DNA of 64,000 bases from Candidatus Aenigmatarchaeota archaeon (GTDB lineage Archaea > Aenigmatarchaeota > Aenigmatarchaeia > CG10238-14). Shown here one piece after another: positions 1-10,236 of this stretch; position 1 is the first letter of the stretch; every line of letters starts with the position of its first letter. The stretch is taken from assembly GCA_044343545.1 (NCBI GenBank), contig JAWBZR010000003.1, positions 1 through 64,000 on the forward strand, given 5' to 3'. The notes under the pieces are model-generated. The model made no database searches and was not told the origin of the DNA. It saw nothing but the letters and a program-made list of their open reading frames with translations. The translations under genes and the position numbers were made by a program.

Positions 1-251
1 CCACAATTTCTAATTTCATTATAAGTACAATCGCAAGCACCCATTATACTTGTATCATCAGATTCCCACGTTGGTAGTGGGACGTCTCTAAAAGTTTTTG
101 AAATAGCTGGTAAAACTTGCGTTTTCTCTTTTGAAAACAAATTTTTTATTTTTTGAAACAAATCCTCAAAAAAATTTCCTGCACTTGCAATTGGTATGCT
201 AAAAATAAGTAGAATCAATAAAAAAATCCTGATTTTTGAAAATTTTTTCAT
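1..251 (-). CDS. Secreted hypothetical protein, partial (runs off window start)
   Basis: Manual translation MKKFSKIRIFLLILLIFSIPIASAGNFFEDLFQK... shows a signal peptide; frame is open to the window edge; absent from the ORF track. Confidence 0.7.
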   Translation of the reverse strand, partial: MKKFSKIRIFLLILLIFSIPIASAGNFFEDLFQKIKNLFSKEKTQVLPAISKTFRDVPLPTWESDDTSIMGACDCTYNEIRNC

Positions 252-346
252 CACAGCTAATAGTTTGTGTTAGCTTATATTTATATTTTTATATTTGTAT
301 ATTGCAGAATTTTTGATACCCTAGCAATAAATTTTGATTTTAATAT

Positions 347-547
347 TTAATCTACAAACAAAGCATATTTTCCAGGAACATTTATTTCCAATATTCTTGC
401 TATTTCACTATCTTGAGGATCGTTTATTATCACCAAACCTTTCCAACCCAAAGATAAATTTTTGCTTTTACATATAGGGCATTCCTTTTCTGTCGTAAAT
501 CTCTTACAATTTCTGCAAACAGAAACTCTTTTTACCATATTTTTCAC
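347..547 (-). CDS. spt4: Transcription elongation factor Spt4 (RpoE'')
   Basis: CRNC...CPIC zinc ribbon, WKGLVII, PGKYAL; directly downstream of rpoE'. Confidence 0.95.
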   Translation of the reverse strand: MKNMVKRVSVCRNCKRFTTEKECPICKSKNLSLGWKGLVIINDPQDSEIARILEINVPGKYALFVD

Positions 548-1104
548 TTTTTAGATTTACTTGCAGCTTTTTTATCTTGTTCTATCCAATGAAAAGCGCC
601 CAAACCAGGTTGCCTCATCGTTAAACCTATTTTAGTTTCTTTCCCACCACCAAAACTAATGGATATCACTCTTGCTAAAACACTATCGCCATCTTTTAGT
701 GTTTTTTTAGTTTCCTTACCTAAAAACATGGCATTTTTTTCATCATAACTTACAAAATCGTCCAATACCTGAGAAACATGAACCAAACCGTCAAGTGCAC
801 CGATCCTAACAAAAGCGCCAAACTCCGTTATATCTATAACATCTCCTGCAACAACTTCATGCAATTCTGGCTTGAAAACCAACAACTCAAAAGTAACAGG
901 ATAATGTATTGATGGATCTTCGGGTAATATTTTACCTTCTCCGATCTCCTCTATGTTCGTTACCATCAAACCAATTCCAAACCTTCTATCTAACAAACCT
1001 TCATAAGTTTCAGCTAAGCTTTCTTTTACAGCTTGCTTCAACGGCAAGTTAAATTTTGTCGGAGGAACCTTTATTTTTGTTTTGATTTTAACTAACCTAT
1101 ACAT
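544..1104 (-). CDS. rpoE1: DNA-directed RNA polymerase subunit Rpo7 (E')
   Basis: S1 domain FGAFVRIGALDGLVHVSQV; C-terminal IGLTMRQPGLG motif. Confidence 0.97.
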   Translation of the reverse strand: MYRLVKIKTKIKVPPTKFNLPLKQAVKESLAETYEGLLDRRFGIGLMVTNIEEIGEGKILPEDPSIHYPVTFELLVFKPELHEVVAGDVIDITEFGAFVRIGALDGLVHVSQVLDDFVSYDEKNAMFLGKETKKTLKDGDSVLARVISISFGGGKETKIGLTMRQPGLGAFHWIEQDKKAASKSKK

Positions 1105-1109
1105 TACAT

Positions 1110-1607
1110 TTACACCATAGACCTTTTTATAATCTTCTTCGCTTCTTCCACTCCCTTCCAGTCTCTAACTTTTACCCACTTTCCTGGCTCTAATTCTTTA
1201 TAATGCTCAAAAAAGTGTTTTATTTTATTCTTTATCATTTCAGGCAATTCCTTGACATCTTTGTAATTGCCAAAGTAAGGATCAATCTTTGAGGTAGGCA
1301 CGGCTATTATTTTTGTATCTATTCCTTCTTCATCCTCCATCTCCAGTAAACCTATGGGGCGTGACGGTAAGACGACACCAGCTTGCACAGGCATGCTTGA
1401 AATAACTATAGCATCTAAAGGATCTCCATCCTCACCTTTAGTGTTCATAATAAAGCCATAATTAAAGGGGTAGGACATGGAAGTGTAAAGAAATCTGTCT
1501 ACAAAGAGCATGTTTTCTTTAAGTTCATACTTTACTTGTCCGCCTTGAGGTATTTCTATGAATATATTAACTTTTTCATCATCACCTTTAGATGCGTAAG
1601 AACTCAC
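1110..1607 (-). CDS. ppa: Inorganic pyrophosphatase, family I
   Basis: DGDPLD, YPFNYG and [10 protein letters not shown] motifs; likely GTG start at 1607 after a GGGGTGA SD (the track starts at 1628). Confidence 0.95.
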   Translation of the reverse strand: MSSYASKGDDEKVNIFIEIPQGGQVKYELKENMLFVDRFLYTSMSYPFNYGFIMNTKGEDGDPLDAIVISSMPVQAGVVLPSRPIGLLEMEDEEGIDTKIIAVPTSKIDPYFGNYKDVKELPEMIKNKIKHFFEHYKELEPGKWVKVRDWKGVEEAKKIIKRSMV

Positions 1608-1756
1608 TTTTATCACCCCATTGAGCAAAATTTTAATTAAATTTCAACTTAATATAAATATAACCCTATATTTTTATGGTTTTCGAATTATTATCTCATA
1701 AGAATTATAAGATGCTGGTAAAACATTTTTAAATATTTTTCTGTTAAAATAAAATT

Positions 1757-1964
1757 ATGAATTGTCCTATCCATAATTATAGAGAAAAAGACCCTACGTG
1801 TAATTGTTGTCCATCAAGAGGATTTTGTGGAGAGTATAACTATACTTCTAATTTAGATAGAAAATGATAGTATACTCAACTATGTAACTCGATTTTCACC
1901 TTATGCTGATTTACTTAGAACATTAAGAATATATGAGGGTTTGCAAAATTCTGGCCATTGCTAA
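1757..1964 (+). pseudogene. Small Cys-rich ORF, apparently split by a +1 frameshift near 1858
   Basis: MNCPIHNYREKDPTCNCCPSRGFC... stops at about 1867; the +1 frame continues ENDSILNYVTRFSPYADLLRTLRIYEG... to TAA at 1964. Confidence 0.3.
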
Positions 1965-2007
1965 ATTTCATAATTTTAATGCTACATAAATATAATATTC
2001 AATTAGT

Positions 2008-3261
2008 GTGATGAGGTTAAGCATAATAGGTTGTGGTTACGTCGGTTTGACTACAGGTGCTTGTCTTGCCGAAATGGGAAATGAAATAATTTTTATGGAT
2101 AAGGATGTTGAAAAACTTGAAAAGTTGAAAAAATTTGAAGTGCCAATCTACGAGCCTGGTTTAAGGGAGTTGCTTTTAAAAAATAAAAACAAAATATCTT
2201 TTACTTCAGAGCTAGAAAAAGCTATAAGAGATGTGATATTTCTTTGCTTACCAACATATTCCACAATTAGTGGAGAGGCTGATGTAAGTATAATATTTGA
2301 TGTTGCAAAAAATTTGGCAAGGATGGTAGAGGGAGAAAAAATTATTGTGGTGAAATCTACTGTTCCTATAGGTACGTGTGAAAAATTAAAGCATATATTT
2401 GAAAATAAAGCAGAAATAGTTTCAAATCCCGAATTTCTCAGAGAGGGTCAAGCTATCTTTGATTTTATGAATCCTGATAGAATTGTAATTGGCGTTGAAA
2501 GTGAAAAAGCCAAAAAAAATAATGGAAGAAATTTACAGTAAGCTAAAAGATAGAATAATTTTTATGGATTTAAAGAGTGCAGAAATGGTAAAATATGCAT
2601 CGAATGCTTTTTTGGCAATGAAAATTTCCTTTATTAACGAAATTAGCCAATTTATGTGAAAAAACAGGAGCAAATATTGAAAATGTGAAGTTAGATATTG
2701 GTAGTGATAGCAGAATTGGAAAGAGTTTTTTAAACGCAGGTATTGGATGGGGAGGCTCGTGTTTTCCTAAGGATACTCTTGCATTATCAAAAATGGGTGA
2801 AAAGTATGGTGTGGAGATGAAAATCGTCAAGGTTGTAATGGAAGTAAATTCGAAACAAAGGCAACTGTTTGCCGAAAAAATTTCTAATTTTTACGGAAAA
2901 AGTCAAACTTGCTATATTAGGATTAGCATTCAAGCCAAATACTGATGATATGAGAGAGGCGACTTCGATATACATTATAAATTATCTTTTAGATAAGGGG
3001 TTTGAAATATTAGCTTACGATCCAAAAGCTATGGAAAATGCTAGAAAAATTTTTTGGTGAAAAAATAAAATATGCTTGTGACATCTATGATGCTGTGAAT
3101 GGTGCTGATGGTTTAGTTTTATTGACAGAATGGGAAGAATTCAAAGATATTGACTTGGGATAAAGTGAGAAACTTAATCAAAAGAAAGGTTGTTTTTGAT
3201 GGAAGAAATTTTTTAAAATCCTCCAAAAGATTTTCTCTACTTTTGTGTTGGTAAACAATAA
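2008..3261 (+). pseudogene. ugd: UDP-glucose 6-dehydrogenase with six +1 frameshifts
   Basis: [64 protein letters not shown] and FDGRN motifs are spread over successive frames. Confidence 0.9.
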
Positions 3262-3291
3262 ATTTGATTTCTATAGAAATAATTATTTAAC

Positions 3292-3378
3292 GGGCCCGTA
3301 GCTCAACTTGGATAGAGCGCTTGGCTTCGGTGAATAGAAGATACCAAGTGGTTGGGGGTTCAAATCCCTCCGGGCTCA
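3292..3378 (+). tRNA. tRNA-Arg(TCG) with 12-nt intron at 37/38 (3331-3342)
   Basis: Acceptor GGGCCCG/CGGGCTC; anticodon stem CTTGG/CCAAG; T-arm GGGGG-TTCAAAT-CCCTC; CTTC/GAAG central BHB helix. Confidence 0.93.
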
Positions 3379-3934
3379 TTTTGAAGATGCTAATGCTAAC
3401 GCTGCTTCTAGCAAGTTAGGATAACTTTCAAACTCAATTGAACTTCCTATTTTTATTTTTCTCACGTAAGGCGGTAATTTTCTCAAAACATCTTCACTAT
3501 CATCTATCACAATTACTTCCCTACCGTATCTACTTATTTCTCTAACTTTATCTGTATATACATCACACTCTATTTGTATTCCACACGCTTGTATCTTTCT
3601 TTGTTGATATTTCTTGTCACCACTCGTGTAAATTTTTACTTCACCTAGTTTTTTTAGAATTTCTAAAGCTTGAAGTGAATATGGAAAGATGTATCTTCCG
3701 AAATTGAAACTTTCGTCTATCTCTCTCGCCAAATCACCCCATCCACATCTCTTTCTGTTTAATTCTTCGTAAAAACAATCAGGCGAAAAATAGCCTTTTT
3801 CTAATTTTGTTCTTTGATTAAGCTTCTATTACAACACTTCGAAGTATACCATAAGATTCATACGTTGCTATTAGAGCTTCAAACATCGAATCTTTGTCAT
3901 AAATTACTCTGTCAAAATCTACGAGTATAATCAT
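3376..3934 (-). pseudogene. HAD-superfamily hydrolase, +1 frameshift near 3819
   Basis: N-terminal MIILVDFDRVIYD (motif I) stops after 38 aa; removing one base joins it to the 3376-3732 ORF containing YTSGD and VIDDS. Confidence 0.7.
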
Positions 3935-4006
3935 ATAATTCAGAACTGAATTTAAAGAATTTAACCCTTACCAAATTTTTAAACTTTCTCACGTAAAATT
4001 AATTTA

Positions 4007-5350
4007 ATGTCAAACGAATATTCTAAAAACATTCAAGAAATTCTAAAAGAGAATAACATAAAAATAGGCGATAAAGTAAGGGTAATGAAAAATGGGATGG
4101 AGCTAAATGGAATTCTCATGCCCAGAGTCGAAGGGGATAATAGCATACTAATAATAAAGCTAGATAATGGCTATAACATAGGAATAAGATATGAAGAAGG
4201 GATAAAAATTGAAAAAATAGAAGAAAAAGTTGTGATGACGGAAAAGAAAACTTTTGCTTACAAGGAAGATGAAAGCAAGCCAACCATTCTTATATTGCAT
4301 ACAGGGGGTACAATAGCATCTAAAGTAGATTATAGGACTGGTGCTGTTGAAGCTTCCTTCGAGCCCGAAGAGCTTGTGGAAATTTTTTCGGGTATAGATG
4401 AAATTGCGAACATAAAATCAAAACTGATAAGAAAAATGTTTTCGGAAGATATGAGATTCGAACACCATCAACTGATCGCAAGAGAAATAGCGAAAGAGTG
4501 TGAAAAGTTTGATGGAATAATCGTGACTCATGGAACGGATACTTTGCATTATACATCAGCTTCTTTATCTTTTATGTTAGAAAACCTCCCAATACCTGTA
4601 ATTCTGGTCGGCTCTCAAAGATCGAGTGATAGACCTAGTGCAGATTCTGTGATGAATGTCATTTGCGCAGCAAAATTTATAGCAAAAACAGATTTTGCCG
4701 GCGTTGCTATCTGCATGCACGGAACAATTAATGACGATTATTGCTTGATTCACCATCCATGTAAGGTGAGAAAGATGCATACAAGCAGGAGAGATGCGTT
4801 TCAACCTGTGAATGCAAAGCCCTATGCCAAAGTTTGGTTTAAGGAGGATAGAATAGAATTTTTGAGAAATGATTATATGAAAAAAGATAAGAATAGAAAG
4901 GTGATTTTGAGAGATAAAATGGAAGAAAAAGTTGGCTTGGTGAAATTTTATCCTGGTTTTGATGAAAAAATCTTGGAATTTTTTGAAAAAAATGATTACA
5001 AGGGTTTGATTTTAGAAGGTTACGGTTTGGGGCAAATACCGATAAATGAAATAGACGAATTTACCATTCACAACAAGAAAAACTTTGAAATTTTAAAGAG
5101 ATTAAGTGAAAAGGGATGTGTAATAGTAGCTTGCTCACAAACCATCTTTGGCAGGGTTAACTTGAACGTGTATTCTACTGGTAGAGATATGAAATCTATA
5201 GGAATAATAGAGGGTGAAGATATGCATCCTGAAGTTGCCTTAATGAAATTGAGATGGTTGTTGGGAAATTTTAGCGTTGAAGAAGCAAGAATTTTAATGA
5301 AACAAAACCTTAGAGGGGAGATAACAGAAAGAAGTATAGATTTAAGTTGA
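4007..5350 (+). CDS. gatD: Glutamyl-tRNA(Gln) amidotransferase subunit D
   Basis: KLDNGYNIG, HTGGTIAS, HGTDT, GSQRSSDRPS and RKMHTSRRDAF motifs. Confidence 0.97.
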   Translation: MSNEYSKNIQEILKENNIKIGDKVRVMKNGMELNGILMPRVEGDNSILIIKLDNGYNIGIRYEEGIKIEKIEEKVVMTEKKTFAYKEDESKPTILILHTGGTIASKVDYRTGAVEASFEPEELVEIFSGIDEIANIKSKLIRKMFSEDMRFEHHQLIAREIAKECEKFDGIIVTHGTDTLHYTSASLSFMLENLPIPVILVGSQRSSDRPSADSVMNVICAAKFIAKTDFAGVAICMHGTINDDYCLIHHPCKVRKMHTSRRDAFQPVNAKPYAKVWFKEDRIEFLRNDYMKKDKNRKVILRDKMEEKVGLVKFYPGFDEKILEFFEKNDYKGLILEGYGLGQIPINEIDEFTIHNKKNFEILKRLSEKGCVIVACSQTIFGRVNLNVYSTGRDMKSIGIIEGEDMHPEVALMKLRWLLGNFSVEEARILMKQNLRGEITERSIDLS

Positions 5351-5371
5351 AGCAAAATAAAAATAGATTTT

Positions 5372-6814
5372 ATGGCAGAAGATACTTTTACCATCTTTCT
5401 TGCGATTGTTGTTGGCATAATAGTCCTGGTTTTGGCATACAAATTTTTCATCACAATTTCTTATACTTCTTTAAGAAAAACCACTCTAAACGAATTTACA
5501 AAATTTTCTTCATCCATTGATTTTGTTTGCAGTCAAGAAGTCAAGACAACGTACCAAATAAATTTCAACCTTCCGGAGTCTGTAAGAGTTGTTTATGCTT
5601 CATATGATGAAAATATTTTACCTAAAGTGACAGAAAACATAAAAAATGGAAAAATAAGTGTAGGTGATAATGTGTGTTTGCATTTTAAAAACGAGCAAAA
5701 ACCGAGGTGTCAAAAAGTAAAGTGTAAGGTTTTCATTCCCTACATGGGTTCTTTGGAAACATGGAATGACTTGAAACTTTTTGTAAACAAAATATTAAAT
5801 AGGCCGCTAGTAAAAGAATATTCTATAAATATTTCAAAAACAAACTATGGCGTTGATTTAATATATGATAATTATGATTCTTTCAAAGTGCCGGTGTTAG
5901 TTATTGCTTACATTCCATTGAATGATGAAGGAAATGTGGATACGACAAAAACAGGTAATTGGAAAGAGAGTGATAAAGAAAAATTAAAAAACTATTTAAG
6001 TAGCGCAAGTGAAAATTTAACGGAGTTTATTAGCGAAGGTAGTAGATATAAATGGTTCATGAATTCAGATTCTACAAGAGCGGTAAATTATTACATTGCT
6101 GACGTGAAAATAAATTATAAAAGCATGCCAACAAAAGATGGCAATAGTGTTGATGTTAAAAAAATAATGGATGAAATTAATGTTTGTAATTATGTTGATG
6201 CAAGTGGTATTAAAGAATTTTGGATATGGGTGTATGATGATTTAAAACCGATAGAATTTGTAACTGTTTTAGGTAAGCAAGCTAAAGATATATGGAATAT
6301 TGATTACGATGGAGATGGAGAAAAGGATTATGGAGTTATAGGTAATTTATTGTCGCTTCCCACCTGCAAGCATTCTTATACTGTATATAATTTCATAATT
6401 GGATCGTCACCTGGAATCATGTTAAGCAACTATACTCATAGAATAGAAGCAACTTTAAGCTATTTGGATTATGGAATTTGGCTTTCATTTAATGTTAGTT
6501 GTGGTTCACCTGATTGTCCTATAAATGTTTGGCCAAATTGTGATGAAGGATGGAATAGTGAAAAAAAGGTAGAAACCAATTGCTTGAATTGGAGTCCTGC
6601 TGGCGGAGAAACAACAACTATTATAGATTGTCATAGCTGGTATGGATCTAAATGCAAAAAGGATGATGGCTTTGAATATAAGATCTGGTGGATGCAAACA
6701 TTACCAGGAAAAAATAATGGAATAAAAGTATTTGATTATTTCAAAGTAAAAAACTGGTGGAGTTTTATCGGCAATATAGATCAAGCGTCAAAACATAGAT
6801 GGTTGATAGAATGA
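5372..6814 (+). CDS. Membrane-anchored pilin-like protein with C-terminal Trp/Cys-rich extracellular domain
   Basis: N-terminal hydrophobic helix, small Cys-containing domain, then a domain of about 310 aa with EFWIW, WWMQTLPG and KNWWSFI. Confidence 0.6.
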   Translation: MAEDTFTIFLAIVVGIIVLVLAYKFFITISYTSLRKTTLNEFTKFSSSIDFVCSQEVKTTYQINFNLPESVRVVYASYDENILPKVTENIKNGKISVGDNVCLHFKNEQKPRCQKVKCKVFIPYMGSLETWNDLKLFVNKILNRPLVKEYSINISKTNYGVDLIYDNYDSFKVPVLVIAYIPLNDEGNVDTTKTGNWKESDKEKLKNYLSSASENLTEFISEGSRYKWFMNSDSTRAVNYYIADVKINYKSMPTKDGNSVDVKKIMDEINVCNYVDASGIKEFWIWVYDDLKPIEFVTVLGKQAKDIWNIDYDGDGEKDYGVIGNLLSLPTCKHSYTVYNFIIGSSPGIMLSNYTHRIEATLSYLDYGIWLSFNVSCGSPDCPINVWPNCDEGWNSEKKVETNCLNWSPAGGETTTIIDCHSWYGSKCKKDDGFEYKIWWMQTLPGKNNGIKVFDYFKVKNWWSFIGNIDQASKHRWLIE

Positions 6815-8733
6815 GTAAGGCATCTGTATCTGAAATGTTATTAACCATAGGTTTACTTGTTTGCGTCGCTATACTTCTCCTTCAGATAAAGCAGCTAGTG
6901 GCAATAAAATCAAAGTCTGCTTCTAATGAAGCTATCTACAATTTCGGAAGAGATTTGGAAATGCTTTTGGACAAGACAAAGTTTGTAAAACTTGCTGCAT
7001 TTAGTTATTCGCCTAAGATTAAGAATTACAGAATTGATGTCGAAAAAAACAAAATTATTCTTACTGACAAAGTAACCGGAAATAAGTATCAGTTTTATTT
7101 TAATGAGAAAATTCAACCAACACAATTTGAAGAAAGTGAAGATATTTGCATAGTGAAGCAAACTGTAACAATTAACAGTAAACCTAAAATAAATCTAAAT
7201 TGTCCTTTTGCTTTAAGAGGGATGAATTATTTTCCAGGTGAAGAAACTTGGGGAAGAATGTGGATCTATTGGGACGAGATTAAAGACGATGTTGCTCAAG
7301 ATCTAAAAAAAGCAAAAAGCATGGGAATAAACAGTCAAAGGATTTTTGTTGGTCAACCTACAGATGAAAATATTAGAAAACTAAAAGAATTTCTGTCTAT
7401 TTCATTCAACAACAATATACTTACTATCGTAACGCTTGATATTCCAGGATTTCCTTGCTCTTATGATGTTAGTTATATTGATGGTTGGATTGAAAATTTT
7501 AAAAATGACGAAAGAATCTTAGCATGGGATATTGGAAATGAACCAGGTTTGTCAGATTGTAACCCATCAAACGAACTTTCCTCAGAAGAAATAAACGTAA
7601 TCAATCAAGTGGCTAATTATATAAAATCTAAAGATAAAATTCATAAAATTACAGTCGGTTTATTTCAAGGTAATATAAACAAAATTTCACAAATAGTGGA
7701 CAACATAGATATAGTGCAATTTCATTTTTATGATGAACCATCCCCTGCTTCAGCAATCGATGAGGCTTTATCTCTCTCTAAAGGTAAGCCGGTAATAATA
7801 GGGGAATTTGGTTGTATGGCAACAGAATATCAATATTATCCTGGTATAGCTCCACCTGGAAGATTTTGCAACAATGAAAATGGACAAAGAAATTTTTATC
7901 AAATATATCTTAATGAAATTGTGAACAAAAAAATTTCTGGAAGTTTCTTTTGGATTTTTGAAGAATTTCAACAACCAGATAGATATGGAAATCAAAACAC
8001 GCCAACAAAAGATGATGTTTATTTTGGTTTGGTAAAATTAGATGGAAGAGTTACACCGGCAGGGGATTTAGTAAGGGAGTATTATACTCGACCAAATAAT
8101 TGCGTATTTCCTGGCGACCAAAAGATAGAAACTATCGTGAAGATTTTGCCCATTGACTGCAAAGAAATTTCTTTAGAAGAAATTATTCAAGAGCAACCGC
8201 TTCCATCGCCCACGCCTTCCCTTTCTTTGCCTGTTGACAGTGAGAGAATAACGAGCTGTTTTGGATGGAGATATAATGTAGTATATAGAAATGATTGGGA
8301 TTTTCATCAAGGTATAGATATATCTGTACCATACGGAAGTGAAGTGAAAGCAATAGCGGATGGAGAAGTCGTAAAAATATTAAACGGTGATGGATCAGTA
8401 GAGTTAGAAGGTTACGGAAACTATGTGTTGTTAAAGCATAAAATAAATGGAGTGACATATTACAGCCTATACGCACATTTAAAATGTAATGGAGTTGTCG
8501 TAAAAGTTGGTGATGTTGTTAAAAAGGGAGATGTTATAGCATATAGTGGAGGTAACGATAGTTGCAAGGGAACATCAACTGGAAATCATCTTCATTTTGA
8601 AATAAGAAAGAATGTAAATTTATTACAAAATACGTTGAATCCTTGTTTATTTTTAGAAAATTGTAATTGCGATACTACGTGTCAAGAATATAGCCAAAAA
8701 GACGATCCAACTAAATGCCCAAAGGTTTTTTAA
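6811..8733 (+). CDS. Pilin-like protein fused to a GH5-like (clan GH-A) glycoside hydrolase and an M23 metallopeptidase
   Basis: MSKA/SVSE + TM helix; RGMNY, ILAWDIGNEP, QFHFY and KPVIIGEFG (two catalytic Glu); M23 motifs HQGID, YAHL and TGNHLHFEIR; ATGA overlap with upstream stop. Confidence 0.85.
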   Translation: MSKASVSEMLLTIGLLVCVAILLLQIKQLVAIKSKSASNEAIYNFGRDLEMLLDKTKFVKLAAFSYSPKIKNYRIDVEKNKIILTDKVTGNKYQFYFNEKIQPTQFEESEDICIVKQTVTINSKPKINLNCPFALRGMNYFPGEETWGRMWIYWDEIKDDVAQDLKKAKSMGINSQRIFVGQPTDENIRKLKEFLSISFNNNILTIVTLDIPGFPCSYDVSYIDGWIENFKNDERILAWDIGNEPGLSDCNPSNELSSEEINVINQVANYIKSKDKIHKITVGLFQGNINKISQIVDNIDIVQFHFYDEPSPASAIDEALSLSKGKPVIIGEFGCMATEYQYYPGIAPPGRFCNNENGQRNFYQIYLNEIVNKKISGSFFWIFEEFQQPDRYGNQNTPTKDDVYFGLVKLDGRVTPAGDLVREYYTRPNNCVFPGDQKIETIVKILPIDCKEISLEEIIQEQPLPSPTPSLSLPVDSERITSCFGWRYNVVYRNDWDFHQGIDISVPYGSEVKAIADGEVVKILNGDGSVELEGYGNYVLLKHKINGVTYYSLYAHLKCNGVVVKVGDVVKKGDVIAYSGGNDSCKGTSTGNHLHFEIRKNVNLLQNTLNPCLFLENCNCDTTCQEYSQKDDPTKCPKVF

Positions 8734-8763
8734 CTTAGAAAAAGCAAAAGATAATAAAGAGGT

Positions 8764-10236
8764 ATGAAGGGACAAGCAAAATTTTTTATAAAAACGATCC
8801 ATCTTATTCTGATTATAATTATTGTTAACATCTTCTTGTATCAGCACATTTCCTCAGAAAAATTGTCAAAAGAAATTATGCATAAAAATGAAATGAAAAT
8901 GGCTGCTGATAACATCATAAATCAACTCACGCTTTCATCTGAATGCTTGGCATATGAAGAAAATATAATCTTTCAAGATGTTTCTCTAGAAAAAATCACT
9001 CATAGAGTTTTGGATATTAAAAAAATTGAAAATATGGAAAGGGAATTCAAGTTTTATGAGCCAAACTGCACCAAAAGGTACGGATTTGGATATTATTTGG
9101 TTATAGAAAAATTCAATTTAACAAGAAGAGAGGCCGAAAGAAGTGATGTTCCTCCTTTAAGCAACAAGGATGTTGTTATAATTATAGATGCTACGGCAAG
9201 TATGAATGAAGGTGATAAGATAAGTTATGCTAAAAGTGCCACAAAAGGTTTTATAGATTGTGCATCTTCAGATAATAGAGTGGGAATAGTTTTGCTAAAA
9301 GATTGTGGTGATGTGGAAACTTTTATTCATGAGGGAAAGGAATTGTTAGAGTTAACGGAGGAAAATAGAGCTATTTTGAAAAATTATATAGATGGGATAG
9401 GCACATATGGAAACACAGCGATAAAAGATTCTTTGAGAGAGGCTAATAGGATATTGAAAAATTCTGACAGACCTGAAAGATATAAAATGATAGTGCTATT
9501 AACGGATGGATGTGAAAGTTGTGGGGAATGCGAGTGCAAAAAAATAAGGAATGGAAATGGTCAAACCATGTGTCAGTATTACGAGGATTATTGCAACTCT
9601 TGTCCGCAAGGAAAGAATGTTTGTGATTTTGTGAAAGAAAATGTTGATAAAAACATACATCTTTTTACCGTCGGTTTATTCACAGACATCAAATGTCCTA
9701 ATGAAGAAGAAAAGGGAGGTGAGCAGTTGGAATGTGCAGCAAGGTCAAGAAATGGAAAGTATTATTTTGCTGTATCAACACAAAAGTTAGGTTTAATATT
9801 TTGCACTCTTGGTAGAGGTATCGGTGAGGCTCGCGAAGAAAAACAACTATGGGTTATTGGGAACAAATCTCATTCTCTTGATAAAAGTTTAAAAGGAAGT
9901 TTGTTTGTAAGCGTGCCTGTTTCCATAAGATATAATGAAACTTACACTCAATCTGGAAGAGTGACATTATATGTTTTTGATGGAGAACTTGAAGTTTTAT
10001 CAAACATTTTGGATGATGCGTGCGATTATGGCGAAAGTGAAGGTTTTGTTTCTTTATCTTATAAAACCTACCTAAAAAGAGAAAACAATCTTAATAATAT
10101 TTGTATGTTGAACGGAGAAAAGGAATTTTGTAAAAGTATTAGATGTAAAAAAGACGTGGAATTTCCTGTCCTTTTGCCAGGATATTATCATCTTAAAGTT
10201 TCTTCCAATGCTAACGTTGTAAAGGTGGGTGTGTGA
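8764..10236 (+). CDS. Class III signal peptide (pilin-like) protein with von Willebrand A domain
   Basis: MKG/QAKFF + hydrophobic helix; VVIIIDATASM (MIDAS-like), GNTAI and IVLLTDG motifs. Confidence 0.85.
   Translation: MKGQAKFFIKTIHLILIIIIVNIFLYQHISSEKLSKEIMHKNEMKMAADNIINQLTLSSECLAYEENIIFQDVSLEKITHRVLDIKKIENMEREFKFYEPNCTKRYGFGYYLVIEKFNLTRREAERSDVPPLSNKDVVIIIDATASMNEGDKISYAKSATKGFIDCASSDNRVGIVLLKDCGDVETFIHEGKELLELTEENRAILKNYIDGIGTYGNTAIKDSLREANRILKNSDRPERYKMIVLLTDGCESCGECECKKIRNGNGQTMCQYYEDYCNSCPQGKNVCDFVKENVDKNIHLFTVGLFTDIKCPNEEEKGGEQLECAARSRNGKYYFAVSTQKLGLIFCTLGRGIGEAREEKQLWVIGNKSHSLDKSLKGSLFVSVPVSIRYNETYTQSGRVTLYVFDGELEVLSNILDDACDYGESEGFVSLSYKTYLKRENNLNNICMLNGEKEFCKSIRCKKDVEFPVLLPGYYHLKVSSNANVVKVGV

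Noticed and set aside
2008..3261. Programmed frameshifting or an alternative genetic code explaining ugd
   Set aside because: Six independent shifts at dissimilar sites are implausible for recoding; the breaks are frame changes, not read-through stops; other genes use the standard code
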